Below, in pieces: positions 28,734 to 39,521 of a stretch of DNA of 64,000 nt. This DNA is from a virus. The stretch lies in IMG/VR virus record IMGVR_UViG_3300026290_000001; one strand, written 5' to 3'. Below the pieces are notes generated by a model, which searched no databases, was not told the DNA's origin, and saw only the letters and a list, made by a program, of their open reading frames with translations. The translations under genes were made by a program, and so were the position numbers. Every line of letters begins with the position of its first letter. Positions within the stretch are counted from its first letter, which is position 1.

Positions 28734-29534
28734 ATGGAGAGGAGGAATGACCTGGTGGCGTTACCTTTGTTGATTGCCAAAAAAGAACAGAAGTTAAAAC
28801 AAAACTTATCAATTAAACTTTCAAATGAGAGTTGTTTTGATTTTCTCAAGAGATTGGACAGTAATTCAATATCGCTCATTCTGATTGACCCTCCTTACGG
28901 AGTTTCGAGAGATACAAATTTCGCTTCTGGTGAGGAAACGGGTAAAGATACTGATAGATTTAGAGTGTCTATGGATTTCGGTGATTGGGATTATGATTTT
29001 AATGATTTAGCAGGTGTAATTAAAGAATGTTACAGAGTTCTTAAAAAAGGTGGAACGATGATTTGTTTCTATGACCTCTGGAAAATCACAACTCTTAAAC
29101 AGTATTTTGATGATGCTAAATTTAAGCAACTTAGATACATAGAATGGATTAAGACAAATCCTGTTCCACTTAATAGTAAAACTAATTATCTCACAAATTC
29201 AAGAGAGATTGCCCTTGTTGGTGTAAAAGGTGGGAAACCAACTTTCCATTCAGAATATGATAATGGTATTTATAGTTATCCAATTTGTCACGATAAAGGT
29301 AGATTCCATCCTACACAGAAGCCTTTAGCTCTTATCGAAGATTTAATTGTTAAACATTCTGATGAGGGAGACCTTATTTGTGATTGTTTCTCAGGTTCAG
29401 GCACTACTGCTGTTGCATCTTATAATACCAATCGTAATTTTGTAGGATGTGAATTATCTAAAGAATATTACGACAAATCACTTCTTCGTTTTGAAGAACG
29501 AGGTTTCGATGGAAGGAGTGGTACTGATGAGTAG
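28734..29534 (+). CDS. DNA methyltransferase, beta-class (N6A or N4C)
   Basis: LILIDPPYG (motif IV) N-terminal and FHPTQKP ... DCFSGSGTT (motif I) C-terminal; G+C visibly higher than flanks. Confidence 0.7.
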   Translation: MERRNDLVALPLLIAKKEQKLKQNLSIKLSNESCFDFLKRLDSNSISLILIDPPYGVSRDTNFASGEETGKDTDRFRVSMDFGDWDYDFNDLAGVIKECYRVLKKGGTMICFYDLWKITTLKQYFDDAKFKQLRYIEWIKTNPVPLNSKTNYLTNSREIALVGVKGGKPTFHSEYDNGIYSYPICHDKGRFHPTQKPLALIEDLIVKHSDEGDLICDCFSGSGTTAVASYNTNRNFVGCELSKEYYDKSLLRFEERGFDGRSGTDE

Positions 29535-29726
29535 TGTTGATAAAACTATTCAGGATATGATTAAACGCAGTCCAAAGAGACTGCGACGGGGAGGGGTGAT
29601 CTTATGTTAAAAAAGTGTAACAGGGGGTTGTTTAGATGAATACAGAAAATGCAATGGAGACTGCGGCAATTGTGATTATTCATCAGAGCCCACAAAAGGC
29701 TAATTATCGCAGTTCCATAAAAAGAG

Positions 29727-29755
29727 TTGACAAGCATCTTGACACAGTGTAGTAT
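29727..29755 (+). promoter_or_regulatory. sigma-A-type promoter (TTGACA-17-TAGTAT)
   Basis: Direct reading inside the G+C-richer insert. Confidence 0.45.
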
Positions 29756-29834
29756 AAATACATACCCGTATGTCTATATCCGTACAACCAAGACGGGGGC
29801 TTATTTGGTGGGAATAAAATATTGAGGTGACATA

Positions 29835-30650
29835 ATGGATAGATTTCTAAACCAAATAATTTGCGGCGACAACGTAGAAGTAATGCGACAGATGCCAGAC
29901 AACTGCATAGACCTAACGGTAACTTCACCACCATACGATAATTTGAGAACTTATAACGGATATTCATGGGAATTTGAAGCGGTCGCTAACGAATTGTACC
30001 GCATAACAAAACCGGGTGGCGTGGTTGTGTGGGTAGTCGCCGACGCGACAGTTAAAGGCAGTGAGACAGGTACATCATTTAGACAGGCTCTTTACTTTAT
30101 GGACTGCGGATTTAATTTGCATGACACTATGATTTATGCAAAAAACAGTTATATGCCATTAACGCACAACAGATATGAGCAACAATTTGAATATATGTTT
30201 GTTTTTTCAAAGGGCAAGCCCAAGACGTTTAATCCAATAAAGATTAAGTCACAGACGGCAGGAACAAAGCGAAACCGAGGTGGAAGCAAGGCAAAAGAGA
30301 TGTCATATGCCGAAAGATTAAGAAATGAAAAGACAACTGTAAACGAATACAAGCAAGCACCAAATATTTTTTGGTATGACGTTGGGAAAAACGACAAAAG
30401 CATACACAATGCACCGTTTCCAGAACAGCTCGCAAACGACCACATTATTTCATGGAGTAATGAAGGAGATATTATCTTAGACCCAATGTGTGGTTCTGGC
30501 ACTACTTGTAAAATGGCTTATTTAAACAAAAGAAATTTTATTGGTATTGATATAAGCGAAGAATACATAAATGATATTTGTATACCAAGATTAAATTCTT
30601 ATGGATGGCAACAAAAAGAAAATATAAATATAGGAGGTAAAATAAAATAG
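29835..30650 (+). CDS. DNA methyltransferase, beta-class, SPPY type (probably N4-cytosine); chimeric
   Basis: TSPPYD and DPMCGSGTT; G+C-rich 5' two-thirds, AT-rich 3' end near-identical to the 3' ends of 35506-36345 and 40520-41323. Confidence 0.7.
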   Translation: MDRFLNQIICGDNVEVMRQMPDNCIDLTVTSPPYDNLRTYNGYSWEFEAVANELYRITKPGGVVVWVVADATVKGSETGTSFRQALYFMDCGFNLHDTMIYAKNSYMPLTHNRYEQQFEYMFVFSKGKPKTFNPIKIKSQTAGTKRNRGGSKAKEMSYAERLRNEKTTVNEYKQAPNIFWYDVGKNDKSIHNAPFPEQLANDHIISWSNEGDIILDPMCGSGTTCKMAYLNKRNFIGIDISEEYINDICIPRLNSYGWQQKENINIGGKIK

Positions 30651-31471
30651 CAAAAATTGAATTAGACAAGTATTATACTCCACCTGATTTAGCACAATAC
30701 ATAGTTAATAAAACAAAAGAAATTATAGGTGAAGATAATATTACTGAATATATAGAACCATCAGCAGGAGCAGGGGTGTTTTTAGATTATTTAGATAGAG
30801 AAAATGTTCCTTATTTGGCTTATGATATTGAACCAGAGGACAATAGGATTATTAAACAAGATTTTTTAGAGTTAGAATTAGAGTATAAAAAGGGTAGGTG
30901 TGTGATTGGGAATCCACCATATGGTAAATATATGAAACTTGCTGAACAATTTTATAAAAAGTCTATAGGAATAGGAGATTATATATCATTTATTTTACCA
31001 ATTAGCCAATTTAATAATAATATTAAATTATTTGATTTTGATTTAATATTTAGTGAAAATTTAGGTATTAAAGATTATTCAAATAAAAAAATTCATTGTT
31101 GTTTTAATATTTATAAAAGACCTAGTGGTAATCTTAATAAAAAACCAAATTATAAACTTAAAGAAGTTGAAATTAAAACTTCTCATAGAAAAGCACATCC
31201 TCCAAAAACTAATTTTATAACTAGAGATATTTTTGATTATGATATTAGAATATGTGCATGGGGTTCCTCAATAGGTAAAGTTTGTGAGTATGAAGGGCAA
31301 TATTCAACAGAGATGTGTATTAAAATCAAAAATGAAAAGTATAAAAATATAATTATCGATTTAATAAAAAATGTAAAATGGATTGATGTTTATCCTATGT
31401 TTGGTGCTCCACATATAGATTTATGGCATATTTATAAATACATAAAAGAACAAATACCTGAAATAAATTAA
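30647..31471 (+). CDS. N6-adenine DNA methyltransferase, gamma-class, probable ATA start
   Basis: YYTPPDLAQYIV, EPSAGAGVF (motif I) and GNPPYGK (motif IV); conserved region begins at ATA overlapping upstream TAG (ATAG), 9 nt after AGGAGG; track starts at internal GTG 30776. Confidence 0.6.
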   Translation: MAKIELDKYYTPPDLAQYIVNKTKEIIGEDNITEYIEPSAGAGVFLDYLDRENVPYLAYDIEPEDNRIIKQDFLELELEYKKGRCVIGNPPYGKYMKLAEQFYKKSIGIGDYISFILPISQFNNNIKLFDFDLIFSENLGIKDYSNKKIHCCFNIYKRPSGNLNKKPNYKLKEVEIKTSHRKAHPPKTNFITRDIFDYDIRICAWGSSIGKVCEYEGQYSTEMCIKIKNEKYKNIIIDLIKNVKWIDVYPMFGAPHIDLWHIYKYIKEQIPEIN

Positions 31472-31548
31472 AATACAAATCCCATTCTATAGGGATTTAA
31501 ATCGTGATAAAACAATCGTTTCATGTTGATTTAGAAAGGAGAAAATAT

Positions 31549-32130
31549 TTGAATAAATATTGGGAGCATTTTAAAACAATCACAAAACATAAATGGTATG
31601 TAATGAAAGCATGTTTTAAATCTAAATTATATTGGCAGGGAATAGTACATGATTTAAGTAAGTATTCAATTACCGAGTTCTTCACAAGTGCAAAATATTT
31701 CACAGGAAACAGTTCACCCATTGATGCTGAAAAAAATAAAAATGGTTACTCTTTAGCATGGCAAAATCATAAGGCAAACAATAAACATCATTGGCAATAT
31801 TGGACTGATTTTGAAAATGGAGATTTAATAGTTTTAAAAATGCCAGCCAAGTATTTAGCGGAAATGTTGTGTGATTGGGTGGGAGCAGGTAAGGCTTATA
31901 ATAAATCTATTTGGACTATTGATACATTTAAAGCATGGTATAAAAGCAATATAGATAAAATGATATTACACACAAGTACAAAGGCGTATATTAATTTACT
32001 TATAGAACATGTAATTAACGAACAAGACTTATATGATAATTGGATTAAAATATCAAGAATTAATGAAAATTATATGCTTGATGATTTAGAAGGTTGTTCA
32101 TATCAACCATCAATAAAACTATTAAAATAA
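31549..32130 (+). CDS. hypothetical protein, possible HD-domain phosphohydrolase
   Basis: H ... GIVHDLSKY spacing resembles the HD motif; track ORF 31504 trimmed to TTG after AAGGAG SD. Confidence 0.35.
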   Translation: MNKYWEHFKTITKHKWYVMKACFKSKLYWQGIVHDLSKYSITEFFTSAKYFTGNSSPIDAEKNKNGYSLAWQNHKANNKHHWQYWTDFENGDLIVLKMPAKYLAEMLCDWVGAGKAYNKSIWTIDTFKAWYKSNIDKMILHTSTKAYINLLIEHVINEQDLYDNWIKISRINENYMLDDLEGCSYQPSIKLLK

Positions 32131-32173
32131 AATCACAGATTGGTAATGAAATTTAGAAAGGAGTAGAAATACA

Positions 32174-33475
32174 ATATTAGAAGTAATTTATAAAACAGAA
32201 AAAGGTAGACTTGTTCATGGTGATAATATTGAAGCAATGAGAAAAATTAAAGAAAATTCAGTTGATAGTTGTATATCAGATTTTCCTTATGATTTATCAT
32301 TTATGGGTAAGAAATGGGATACTACAGGAAATTTTTATGAGTGGTGTAAAGATCGAGCAGAACCATTATATAGAATAATTAAGCCGGGAGGTTATGTTTG
32401 TATCTTTGGGCATCCTAAAACTAATCACAGAATGAAGTCAGCTTTTGAAGATGTAGGGTTTAATATAGTTGAAGAAATTGATTGGGTTTATGGAACTGGT
32501 TTTCCTAAGAATCAAGATATAGGAAAATTGTTTGATAAGAAAGCAGGAGCAGAAAGAGAAATTGTTGGATATTTAGATAGAAATGATAGAAAATTACCTA
32601 GTGGCGAAGGTGGTACTCATGGTACGGCACATCAAGATTATTGTAATAATGGTAGAGAAACTATAAATTTATCAATTACTGCACCAGCTACAAATCAAGC
32701 AAAGAAATGGGATGGATGGAAAACATCAGGATTAAAACCAGCACATGAACCAATTACTGTATTTCAAAAACCATTGGAAGGTACTTATATAAATAATATA
32801 AATACATATGGTGTTGGTGGAATGAATATTAATGCTTGTAGGATAGAACATAATGAACCTATTAAAACAACAAATAGAAAACCAAGAAGTGCTACATGGA
32901 ATATGGACACTTGTGGATTTGATAGCACAAACAATACTGTTGCTAGTGCTGATCCAAATGGCAGATTCCCTGCTAATATGATATTTGATTCTTCTATGGG
33001 AGAAGTATTAGATAATCAGAGTGGAATTAGTAAGTCAACGGGTGGAAGTGGAGATAAGAGCAAAGGTGCTTTAGGGGATAGTGTTTATGGAAAATATAAA
33101 AATGAAGAATTATCAGCTAATGCAGGAGGATTAGGAGATTCAAGTGGTGCTAGTAGATATTTCTTAAAGATAGATGCAGAAGATTTTGTACCATTTTTAT
33201 ATTGTCCTAAAGCATCTAAAAAAGAAAAAGGCGAAGGGAATACTCATGTAACTGTTAAACCTAAAGAATTAATAAAATGGCTCATTAAATTAGTTACACC
33301 TATAAATGGAAAAACAATTGATATTACTGCTGGTTCTGGTACACATGGTTTGGCTTGTGAAGAACTTAATAAGAATGAAGGTTATAATCTAAGATGGATT
33401 GATATTGAATTATTAAATACAGAGAAAGAACCTTATTGTGAAATTGCAATGAATAGAATTAAAAATGTAATATAA
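32174..33475 (+). CDS. DNA methyltransferase, beta-class, variant motif IV (DFPY), probable ATA start
   Basis: N-terminal GRLVHGDNIEAM ... SVDSCISDFPYD and C-terminal DITAGSGTHG; Gly/Ser-rich central insert; frame open upstream of track ATG 32237 with no canonical start after AAAGGAG. Confidence 0.55.
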   Translation: MLEVIYKTEKGRLVHGDNIEAMRKIKENSVDSCISDFPYDLSFMGKKWDTTGNFYEWCKDRAEPLYRIIKPGGYVCIFGHPKTNHRMKSAFEDVGFNIVEEIDWVYGTGFPKNQDIGKLFDKKAGAEREIVGYLDRNDRKLPSGEGGTHGTAHQDYCNNGRETINLSITAPATNQAKKWDGWKTSGLKPAHEPITVFQKPLEGTYINNINTYGVGGMNINACRIEHNEPIKTTNRKPRSATWNMDTCGFDSTNNTVASADPNGRFPANMIFDSSMGEVLDNQSGISKSTGGSGDKSKGALGDSVYGKYKNEELSANAGGLGDSSGASRYFLKIDAEDFVPFLYCPKASKKEKGEGNTHVTVKPKELIKWLIKLVTPINGKTIDITAGSGTHGLACEELNKNEGYNLRWIDIELLNTEKEPYCEIAMNRIKNVI

Positions 33476-33606
33476 AAATATACAGAAAAATACAAATATA
33501 CATACTATATATAGTGGCATTAAGCAATTCATACCACAATATATAGAAAAATATTTGAATAAAATTCGGGTTTTGTCACAAAATTATTAAATAGAAAGGA
33601 GAATAT

Positions 33607-33867
33607 ATGAAAAAAATAAAATATTACTGTGACAAATGTAATAAAGAAATCCAAAAGGAAGATATTATTAAAAAAGAAATACCTACTATAGATAAAATTG
33701 AAGCAAGAGGTGGTAAGGGTAATCCTACCCCTGTATTATTAGTATTTGAAAACTTAGTTATGGATGAATATGAGTTATGCAAAAATTGTGCAGATTCATA
33801 TGAAATATTACATAATTATTTCTTAACTTTACTTGCAAAACAATGGTCTAAAGTAAATACCAAATAA
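33607..33867 (+). CDS. small zinc-ribbon-like protein
   Basis: CDKCNKE ... CKNC. Confidence 0.45.
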   Translation: MKKIKYYCDKCNKEIQKEDIIKKEIPTIDKIEARGGKGNPTPVLLVFENLVMDEYELCKNCADSYEILHNYFLTLLAKQWSKVNTK

Positions 33868-33905
33868 TGCTTTCATAAAAACTAAAAAATAAGGAGAATA
33901 AATAT

Positions 33906-34340
33906 ATGAAAACTTTACTATTAATCTTAGGAATTATAATTCTAATTTCAAAGAAAAAGGCTATTCCAAATATTTTTAAATCTAAAGAAGTTAAGAGAAA
34001 AATGGCAGAAAAAATGTTTGATGAATTACCAGATAAGGCAAAGGAGTTACATATTGATCTTACCACATTAAAAGGCTTGTTAATTATATTTTTAGGTCTA
34101 TTTTGCTTGTTGTATATAATTTTTTATTTATTATCAGCAATATTTATTAATACCTTCGTATTCACTGTAATATCAATTCTATTAATGTTTCTTACAGTTA
34201 AAACTTTAAGTAATTTTCTAAAAGGTTTTGATAATACCGGAAATATAAAAGTAGAAAGTGTTGCATTTAGTATATTTAATATTATTGTTGATTTAGGATA
34301 CATAGGATATGTGTTTTTCAATATATATAAGATGTGGTAA
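33906..34340 (+). CDS. integral membrane protein
   Basis: Three to four long hydrophobic segments. Confidence 0.5.
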   Translation: MKTLLLILGIIILISKKKAIPNIFKSKEVKRKMAEKMFDELPDKAKELHIDLTTLKGLLIIFLGLFCLLYIIFYLLSAIFINTFVFTVISILLMFLTVKTLSNFLKGFDNTGNIKVESVAFSIFNIIVDLGYIGYVFFNIYKMW

Positions 34341-34387
34341 AACATCATAGAATAACGGTTTGGTGCAAAGTGAGGTGAAATTATTAA

Positions 34388-34552
34388 ATGACTTTTGGAT
34401 TTACTTATTTTATCTCTAAAAGGGATAAAAGCGCAGAAAGAATAATTAATATTGAAGCAGAGTCGGAAGAACAGGCATTTGATAAATACATAAAGTTTTT
34501 AAGTGAGCATCATATGGTTATGGGTGAATCACTTGGAGAAAAGTTAAAATAA
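34388..34552 (+). CDS. small hypothetical protein (54 aa), not in track
   Basis: ATG after GAGGTGAAA SD. Confidence 0.3.
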   Translation: MTFGFTYFISKRDKSAERIINIEAESEEQAFDKYIKFLSEHHMVMGESLGEKLK

Positions 34553-34607
34553 AAACAACACAAAAAATCAATTTGGTTCAAACTTTTACAAAAAACACAA
34601 TATAAAA

Positions 34608-35378
34608 ATGAAAGGAGAATTAGTATATAAGTTGCAATTATACTATAAAGATGAATACATAAGATTATTTCAAGGTGATTGTTTAGAAGTAATGGATAGG
34701 TTAATTGAGAAAGGTGTTAAATTTGATGCAATAATTACTGATCCTCCTTACGGGACTACAGCTTGTAAATGGGATAGTATCATACCATTTGATAGTATGT
34801 GGGAAAGATTAAATAAGTTAATAAAGGATAATAGTGCAATAGTTTTATTTGGTAGTGAACCATTTAGTAGTCATTTAAGAGTAAGTAATATTAAAAATTT
34901 TAAATATGATTGGATATGGAATAAAAAGAAGGGAGGAAGTCCTTTACTTTCTAAAATACAACCAATAAAAATATTTGAAATTATATCTGTTTTTGGGAAA
35001 GGGAAAATAAATTATTATCCAGTAATGGTTGATAGAGATAAACCTAAATCAAGGGGTAAGAATAGAGGAACTATTAGTGATACAACAAATAATTGTTTTT
35101 CAGAAGATAAGATTTATACGCAATATTATCCTAAAGCAATTATAGAATTTTCAAATGCTAGTCAAAAAAATAAATTTCACCCAACTCAAAAACCAGTGGA
35201 GCTAATGGAATATCTTATTAACACATATACACAAGAGAATGAAATTATATTAGATTTTACTTGCGGTTCTGGTACAACATTATTAGCATCAAGAAATCTT
35301 AAAAGAAAATGTATCGGTATTGAATTGGAAGAAAAATATTGTGAAATAACTAAACAAAGATTAGAAAAAGCAAGTTAA
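34608..35378 (+). CDS. DNA methyltransferase, beta-class (DPPY)
   Basis: ITDPPYGT and FHPTQKP ... DFTCGSGTT; true start may be in-frame TTG near 34632 because AAAGGAG lies just after the track ATG. Confidence 0.7.
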   Translation: MKGELVYKLQLYYKDEYIRLFQGDCLEVMDRLIEKGVKFDAIITDPPYGTTACKWDSIIPFDSMWERLNKLIKDNSAIVLFGSEPFSSHLRVSNIKNFKYDWIWNKKKGGSPLLSKIQPIKIFEIISVFGKGKINYYPVMVDRDKPKSRGKNRGTISDTTNNCFSEDKIYTQYYPKAIIEFSNASQKNKFHPTQKPVELMEYLINTYTQENEIILDFTCGSGTTLLASRNLKRKCIGIELEEKYCEITKQRLEKAS

Positions 35379-35505
35379 ATATAAAAACAGCATAAAATTC
35401 TAGTTTGGTTCAAAAATAGACGCCTAAAGATTGGGATTCTTAGAGTATGGATTTTTCAAAATAATTATTAAAATAAAAATATAAATATTGGAGGTAAATA
35501 TATAA

Positions 35506-36345
35506 TTGATAGAATTAAATAATTTTTATATAGGGGAATCTGTTAATTTTATGCGTAAAAATATTCCTGATAATTTTGTAGATTTAACAGTTACAAGTCC
35601 ACCTTATGATGATTTAAGAAAATATAATGGATTTATTTTTGATTATGAAACAATTTTTAAAGAACTTTTTAGAATAACTAAAAATGGTGGAATTGTTGTA
35701 TGGATAATAGGAGATAAGACAGAAAAAGGAACGGAAAGTCTAACAAGTTTTAAACATGCTTTAAGTGCTAAAAATATAGGATTTAATGTTCATGATACAA
35801 TGATATGGTTAAAACCTAATCCAACACCAACTGATCCTAAATGTTTAAGATATTATAATGCTTTTGAATACATGTTCGTTTTTTCTAAAGGAAAACCAAA
35901 AACATGTAATTATATAAAAGAAAAATCTAAAAATACAGGTAAAGAATTTGGTTCAGCTCCAATGAAAAGAGTAGATGGAACTAACAGAGATGACAGAACT
36001 GAAAAGTTAAAGGGTATAAAAATAAAAGACTATAAAATTAAAAGTAATGTATGGGAATGTGCTATAGGTTCAGGGGTATCTAAAGATAAAATTGCTTTTA
36101 AACATCCAGCAATTTTCCCTGAAAAATTAGTTGAAGATCACATAATTTCTTGGACTAATAAAAATGATATTGTACTAGACCCTATGTGTGGTTCGGGTAC
36201 AACGTGCAAAATGGCATGGTTAAACAAGCGTAATTTTATTGGAATTGATATGAGTGAAGAATACATAAATAACATTTGTATACCAAGATTAAATACATAT
36301 GGTTGGGAACAGAATAAAGAAAACGTATTTCAAGATTGCCTATAA
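35506..36345 (+). CDS. DNA methyltransferase, beta-class, SPPY type (paralog group)
   Basis: TSPPYDD and DPMCGSGTT; TTG start; high nucleotide similarity to 40520-41323. Confidence 0.7.
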   Translation: MIELNNFYIGESVNFMRKNIPDNFVDLTVTSPPYDDLRKYNGFIFDYETIFKELFRITKNGGIVVWIIGDKTEKGTESLTSFKHALSAKNIGFNVHDTMIWLKPNPTPTDPKCLRYYNAFEYMFVFSKGKPKTCNYIKEKSKNTGKEFGSAPMKRVDGTNRDDRTEKLKGIKIKDYKIKSNVWECAIGSGVSKDKIAFKHPAIFPEKLVEDHIISWTNKNDIVLDPMCGSGTTCKMAWLNKRNFIGIDMSEEYINNICIPRLNTYGWEQNKENVFQDCL

Positions 36346-36419
36346 ATTGGGCTTTATAATCTATAAAATCATTACCAAATTTGAGTTTGGTTCAAAGTTA
36401 TAGAAAGGAGAAATTATAA

Positions 36420-37256
36420 ATTATCAATACATATTATAAAAATAAATATGCAAGGATATATCAATGTGACAATTTAGAATTATTAAAACAATTACCAAAT
36501 GAATACATAGATTTAATTTATTGTGATATTTTATACAACACTGGTAAGAAATTTAAGGATTATGATGATCAATTAGGCACAACACAAGAAGCAATTAAAT
36601 GGTATAAACCAAGATTAATAGAAATGAAAAGAGTATTAAAGGAAACAGGATCAATTTATTTACATATGGATTTTAGATTAATACATTATTTAAAAGTAAA
36701 AATGGATGAAATATTTCAATTAAATAATTTTAGAAATGAGATTATATGGGATAAAGGATTTAGGGGTACGGAGCAAAAAGAGTTTTATCAACATTCGCAT
36801 GATTCAATATTATTTTATACAAAAACTAATAACTACATATGGAATAAAGTTTTTTGTGAATATGCTGATAAAAATATGAGTAGGTATAATAAAACTGATG
36901 AAGATGGAAATAAATATGCTTTAATTAAAAGAAAAAGAACAGACGGAAGTGTTTATTATGGCAAAACATATCCACAATCAGAAGGAAAGAAAGCAGACGA
37001 TGTATTTAGAGATATAAAAACTTTTTCATCAACAGCTAAAGAAAGAATTGGTTATGATACTCAAAAACCAAAGGCATTATTAGAACGTATTATTAAAGCA
37101 TCTTCTAATGAAGGAGATATAGTAGCAGACTTCTTTATGGGATCAGGCACTACTGGCGAAGTGGCATTAGAATTAGGTCGTAAATTTATTGGTTGTGATA
37201 TTGGGGAAAGGGCATGTGAGATTACTAAAAATAGATTAGATAAAATTATAATATAA
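36420..37256 (+). CDS. methyltransferase-like protein with degenerate motif IV (DILY) and no canonical start; possible pseudogene
   Basis: [27 protein letters not shown] plus C-terminal YDTQKP ... DFFMGSGTT; only ATT/ATC codons follow AAAGGAG before track ATG 36624. Confidence 0.45.
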   Translation: MINTYYKNKYARIYQCDNLELLKQLPNEYIDLIYCDILYNTGKKFKDYDDQLGTTQEAIKWYKPRLIEMKRVLKETGSIYLHMDFRLIHYLKVKMDEIFQLNNFRNEIIWDKGFRGTEQKEFYQHSHDSILFYTKTNNYIWNKVFCEYADKNMSRYNKTDEDGNKYALIKRKRTDGSVYYGKTYPQSEGKKADDVFRDIKTFSSTAKERIGYDTQKPKALLERIIKASSNEGDIVADFFMGSGTTGEVALELGRKFIGCDIGERACEITKNRLDKIII

Positions 37257-37308
37257 AAACATGACAAAAACTATGTTTTATTTAGATTTTAAAAGAAAGG
37301 AGAAACAT

Positions 37309-37614
37309 ATGAAATTTATTAAAGATATTTCTAATATTATAATATTGCAAAATGATCATTGTAAATTTGAAATCAGAAGTGTACAAGGATTTAATGAAGA
37401 TGAAAATAAAATAATCTTAAAATGTGCCGAAGATATATCAGAGTTTAAAAAAGGTTATGTTTGTGATATGGAATGTCATTTTCCATTAGTTGAAAATGAT
37501 GGAGTTGAAGTTGGTGAAAGAATTGATACGATTCGAGACTTGGTATTGGTTTATATCAATAAAGATATTCAAATGGAATATGCCCCTAGTTTTGAATATG
37601 TATTTTATAAATAA
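37309..37614 (+). CDS. hypothetical protein
   Basis: Track ORF 37261 trimmed to ATG after AAAGGAGAAA SD. Confidence 0.4.
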   Translation: MKFIKDISNIIILQNDHCKFEIRSVQGFNEDENKIILKCAEDISEFKKGYVCDMECHFPLVENDGVEVGERIDTIRDLVLVYINKDIQMEYAPSFEYVFYK

Positions 37615-37659
37615 TAAAACAAAATTTCGATTTTATAACGATTTTAAAAGGAGGATATT

Positions 37660-37890
37660 ATGTTTAAAAAAATTAAAGTTAGAGAATTTTTAGAAGAAGT
37701 TTGCGGAGCAAAAGTTGATTGGATTTCTGGTAATGTAATTAAAGTAAATGAACATTATATTTATTTAGATAAAAAGAAATTTATTTTAAATTATGATTGG
37801 CATTTTTATGGAACAAAAAGAGATATATTAAAAACACTAAAAGAATATGGGTTTGTGATTAAAAAGAAATTACAGTTAAATTATTATTAG
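37660..37890 (+). CDS. hypothetical protein
   Basis: Track ORF with AAGGAGGA SD. Confidence 0.45.
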   Translation: MFKKIKVREFLEEVCGAKVDWISGNVIKVNEHYIYLDKKKFILNYDWHFYGTKRDILKTLKEYGFVIKKKLQLNYY

Positions 37891-38165
37891 AAACGAAAGG
37901 AGAAATATGCATACTGAACTAACAGAGGATCAACTTAAACTAATAAAAAAGTATGGGGAAATTAATCCACCACATCATACTATTGAAGAAATTGAAGAAG
38001 CATTGAAAAAATCATCTGAAATTAAAATAAAATTACAAGAAAAATAAATATCGTGATAAAATCTCTATTTGGTGCAGAAATGGATGGCTATATATTGGGA
38101 TTTGTGGGGCTATAAATTTTGAAAATAAAAACAAAAAATAAAGATAGGAGGTAAATATATAAAAT

Positions 38166-39158
38166 TTGCTTGAATTGAATAAAATATATAATGAAGATTG
38201 TATAATCGGCATGAAAAAATTATTAAAAGATGGTTACAAAAATACTTTTGATTTTATAGAAATTGATCCACCTTATAATATAGGCAAAGATAAATGGGAT
38301 AAATTTAAAAACCATCAAACATATTTAAATTTTATTAATGAAGTTATAAGTTTATCTAATGAATTAATGAGCGATAATGGAACCTTATTTTTATGGCATA
38401 ATAATATCGAGGTGTTATCAGATTTTATTAAATTAATTAATACTACAGATTTAAAATTAATGCAATTATGTATATGGAATAAATATTATAAATATAATGA
38501 TGACGGTAATTTGAATAATCAATACGGATTTTTAAATGGATTTATTCAAAGTGATTTAAATAGGAATTATCAAAAAATGTGCGAATATATTTTATATTAC
38601 ACTAAACAAAACGAAGAATTAACTGAATATAATGAAAAAGACCCATTTAAATCACTAAAGGAATATTTTTTTAATGCCCAAAAATCTTCTGGTTTATCAA
38701 GAAATAAAATTAATCAAATATTGGGGCATAGACAATCTGAGCATACTTTTTATACTAAAACTCAATGGACTTTTCCAACAGAAGAAACATATTTAGAATT
38801 ACAAAATATAATGAATCTACCTATCCCTTATAATGATTTAAAAAATACATATGAAACAATGAGATATACATATAATTCAGAGAAAAACAATTATCGAAGT
38901 TGTATTTGGAATTACCCGATAAGTAAAGAATCAAAACACAAGACAGAGAAACCGTTACAATTGTATTATGATTTATATGAAATACATACAAAAAATAATA
39001 GTAAATGTTTATTCCCGTTTGTGGGTAGTGGTAATAATATTTTAAGTTTATTTAAAATAAATAATTTTGATGGAGGGAAACGAGAGTTTGTAGGTTTTGA
39101 AACTGACAAAACATGGTTTACTTATATAAATGAAAAAATAGATTTAAGAATCCCGTAA
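38166..39158 (+). CDS. DNA methyltransferase, beta-class (DPPY)
   Basis: IEIDPPYN and C-terminal FPFVGSGNN; TTG start; 3' end overlaps a GAATCCC/GGGATTC hairpin. Confidence 0.65.
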   Translation: MLELNKIYNEDCIIGMKKLLKDGYKNTFDFIEIDPPYNIGKDKWDKFKNHQTYLNFINEVISLSNELMSDNGTLFLWHNNIEVLSDFIKLINTTDLKLMQLCIWNKYYKYNDDGNLNNQYGFLNGFIQSDLNRNYQKMCEYILYYTKQNEELTEYNEKDPFKSLKEYFFNAQKSSGLSRNKINQILGHRQSEHTFYTKTQWTFPTEETYLELQNIMNLPIPYNDLKNTYETMRYTYNSEKNNYRSCIWNYPISKESKHKTEKPLQLYYDLYEIHTKNNSKCLFPFVGSGNNILSLFKINNFDGGKREFVGFETDKTWFTYINEKIDLRIP

Positions 39159-39232
39159 TATTGGGATTCTTAAACCCAAAAATCAACACCAAACTTCGGT
39201 TTGGTTCAAAGTTATAGGAAGGAGAAAATAAT

Positions 39233-39427
39233 ATGTTTGATTGTAGATTCGCTAAAAGTATTCTATTGGATAAAAATGAAGATGATACTTATCATATGAC
39301 AATAAAAGGAGATATTTATAATCTTGATCCTGAAGCGGAAATTGATTTTTCTAGAGTGAAAATTATTAATTTTGATATTGAGGCATTAGCAACAACTGGG
39401 ACAATATGTAAAATAAAAATAATATAA
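39233..39427 (+). CDS. hypothetical protein
   Basis: Track ORF with AAGGAGAAA SD. Confidence 0.4.
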   Translation: MFDCRFAKSILLDKNEDDTYHMTIKGDIYNLDPEAEIDFSRVKIINFDIEALATTGTICKIKII

Positions 39428-39521
39428 AATTTTTGTTTGGTTAAGAAATTTATAATTATTATAGGGATTGATTTTACCATAATTTTAATATATAATAAAA
39501 ATAAAAACGGAGGTTTTATAT

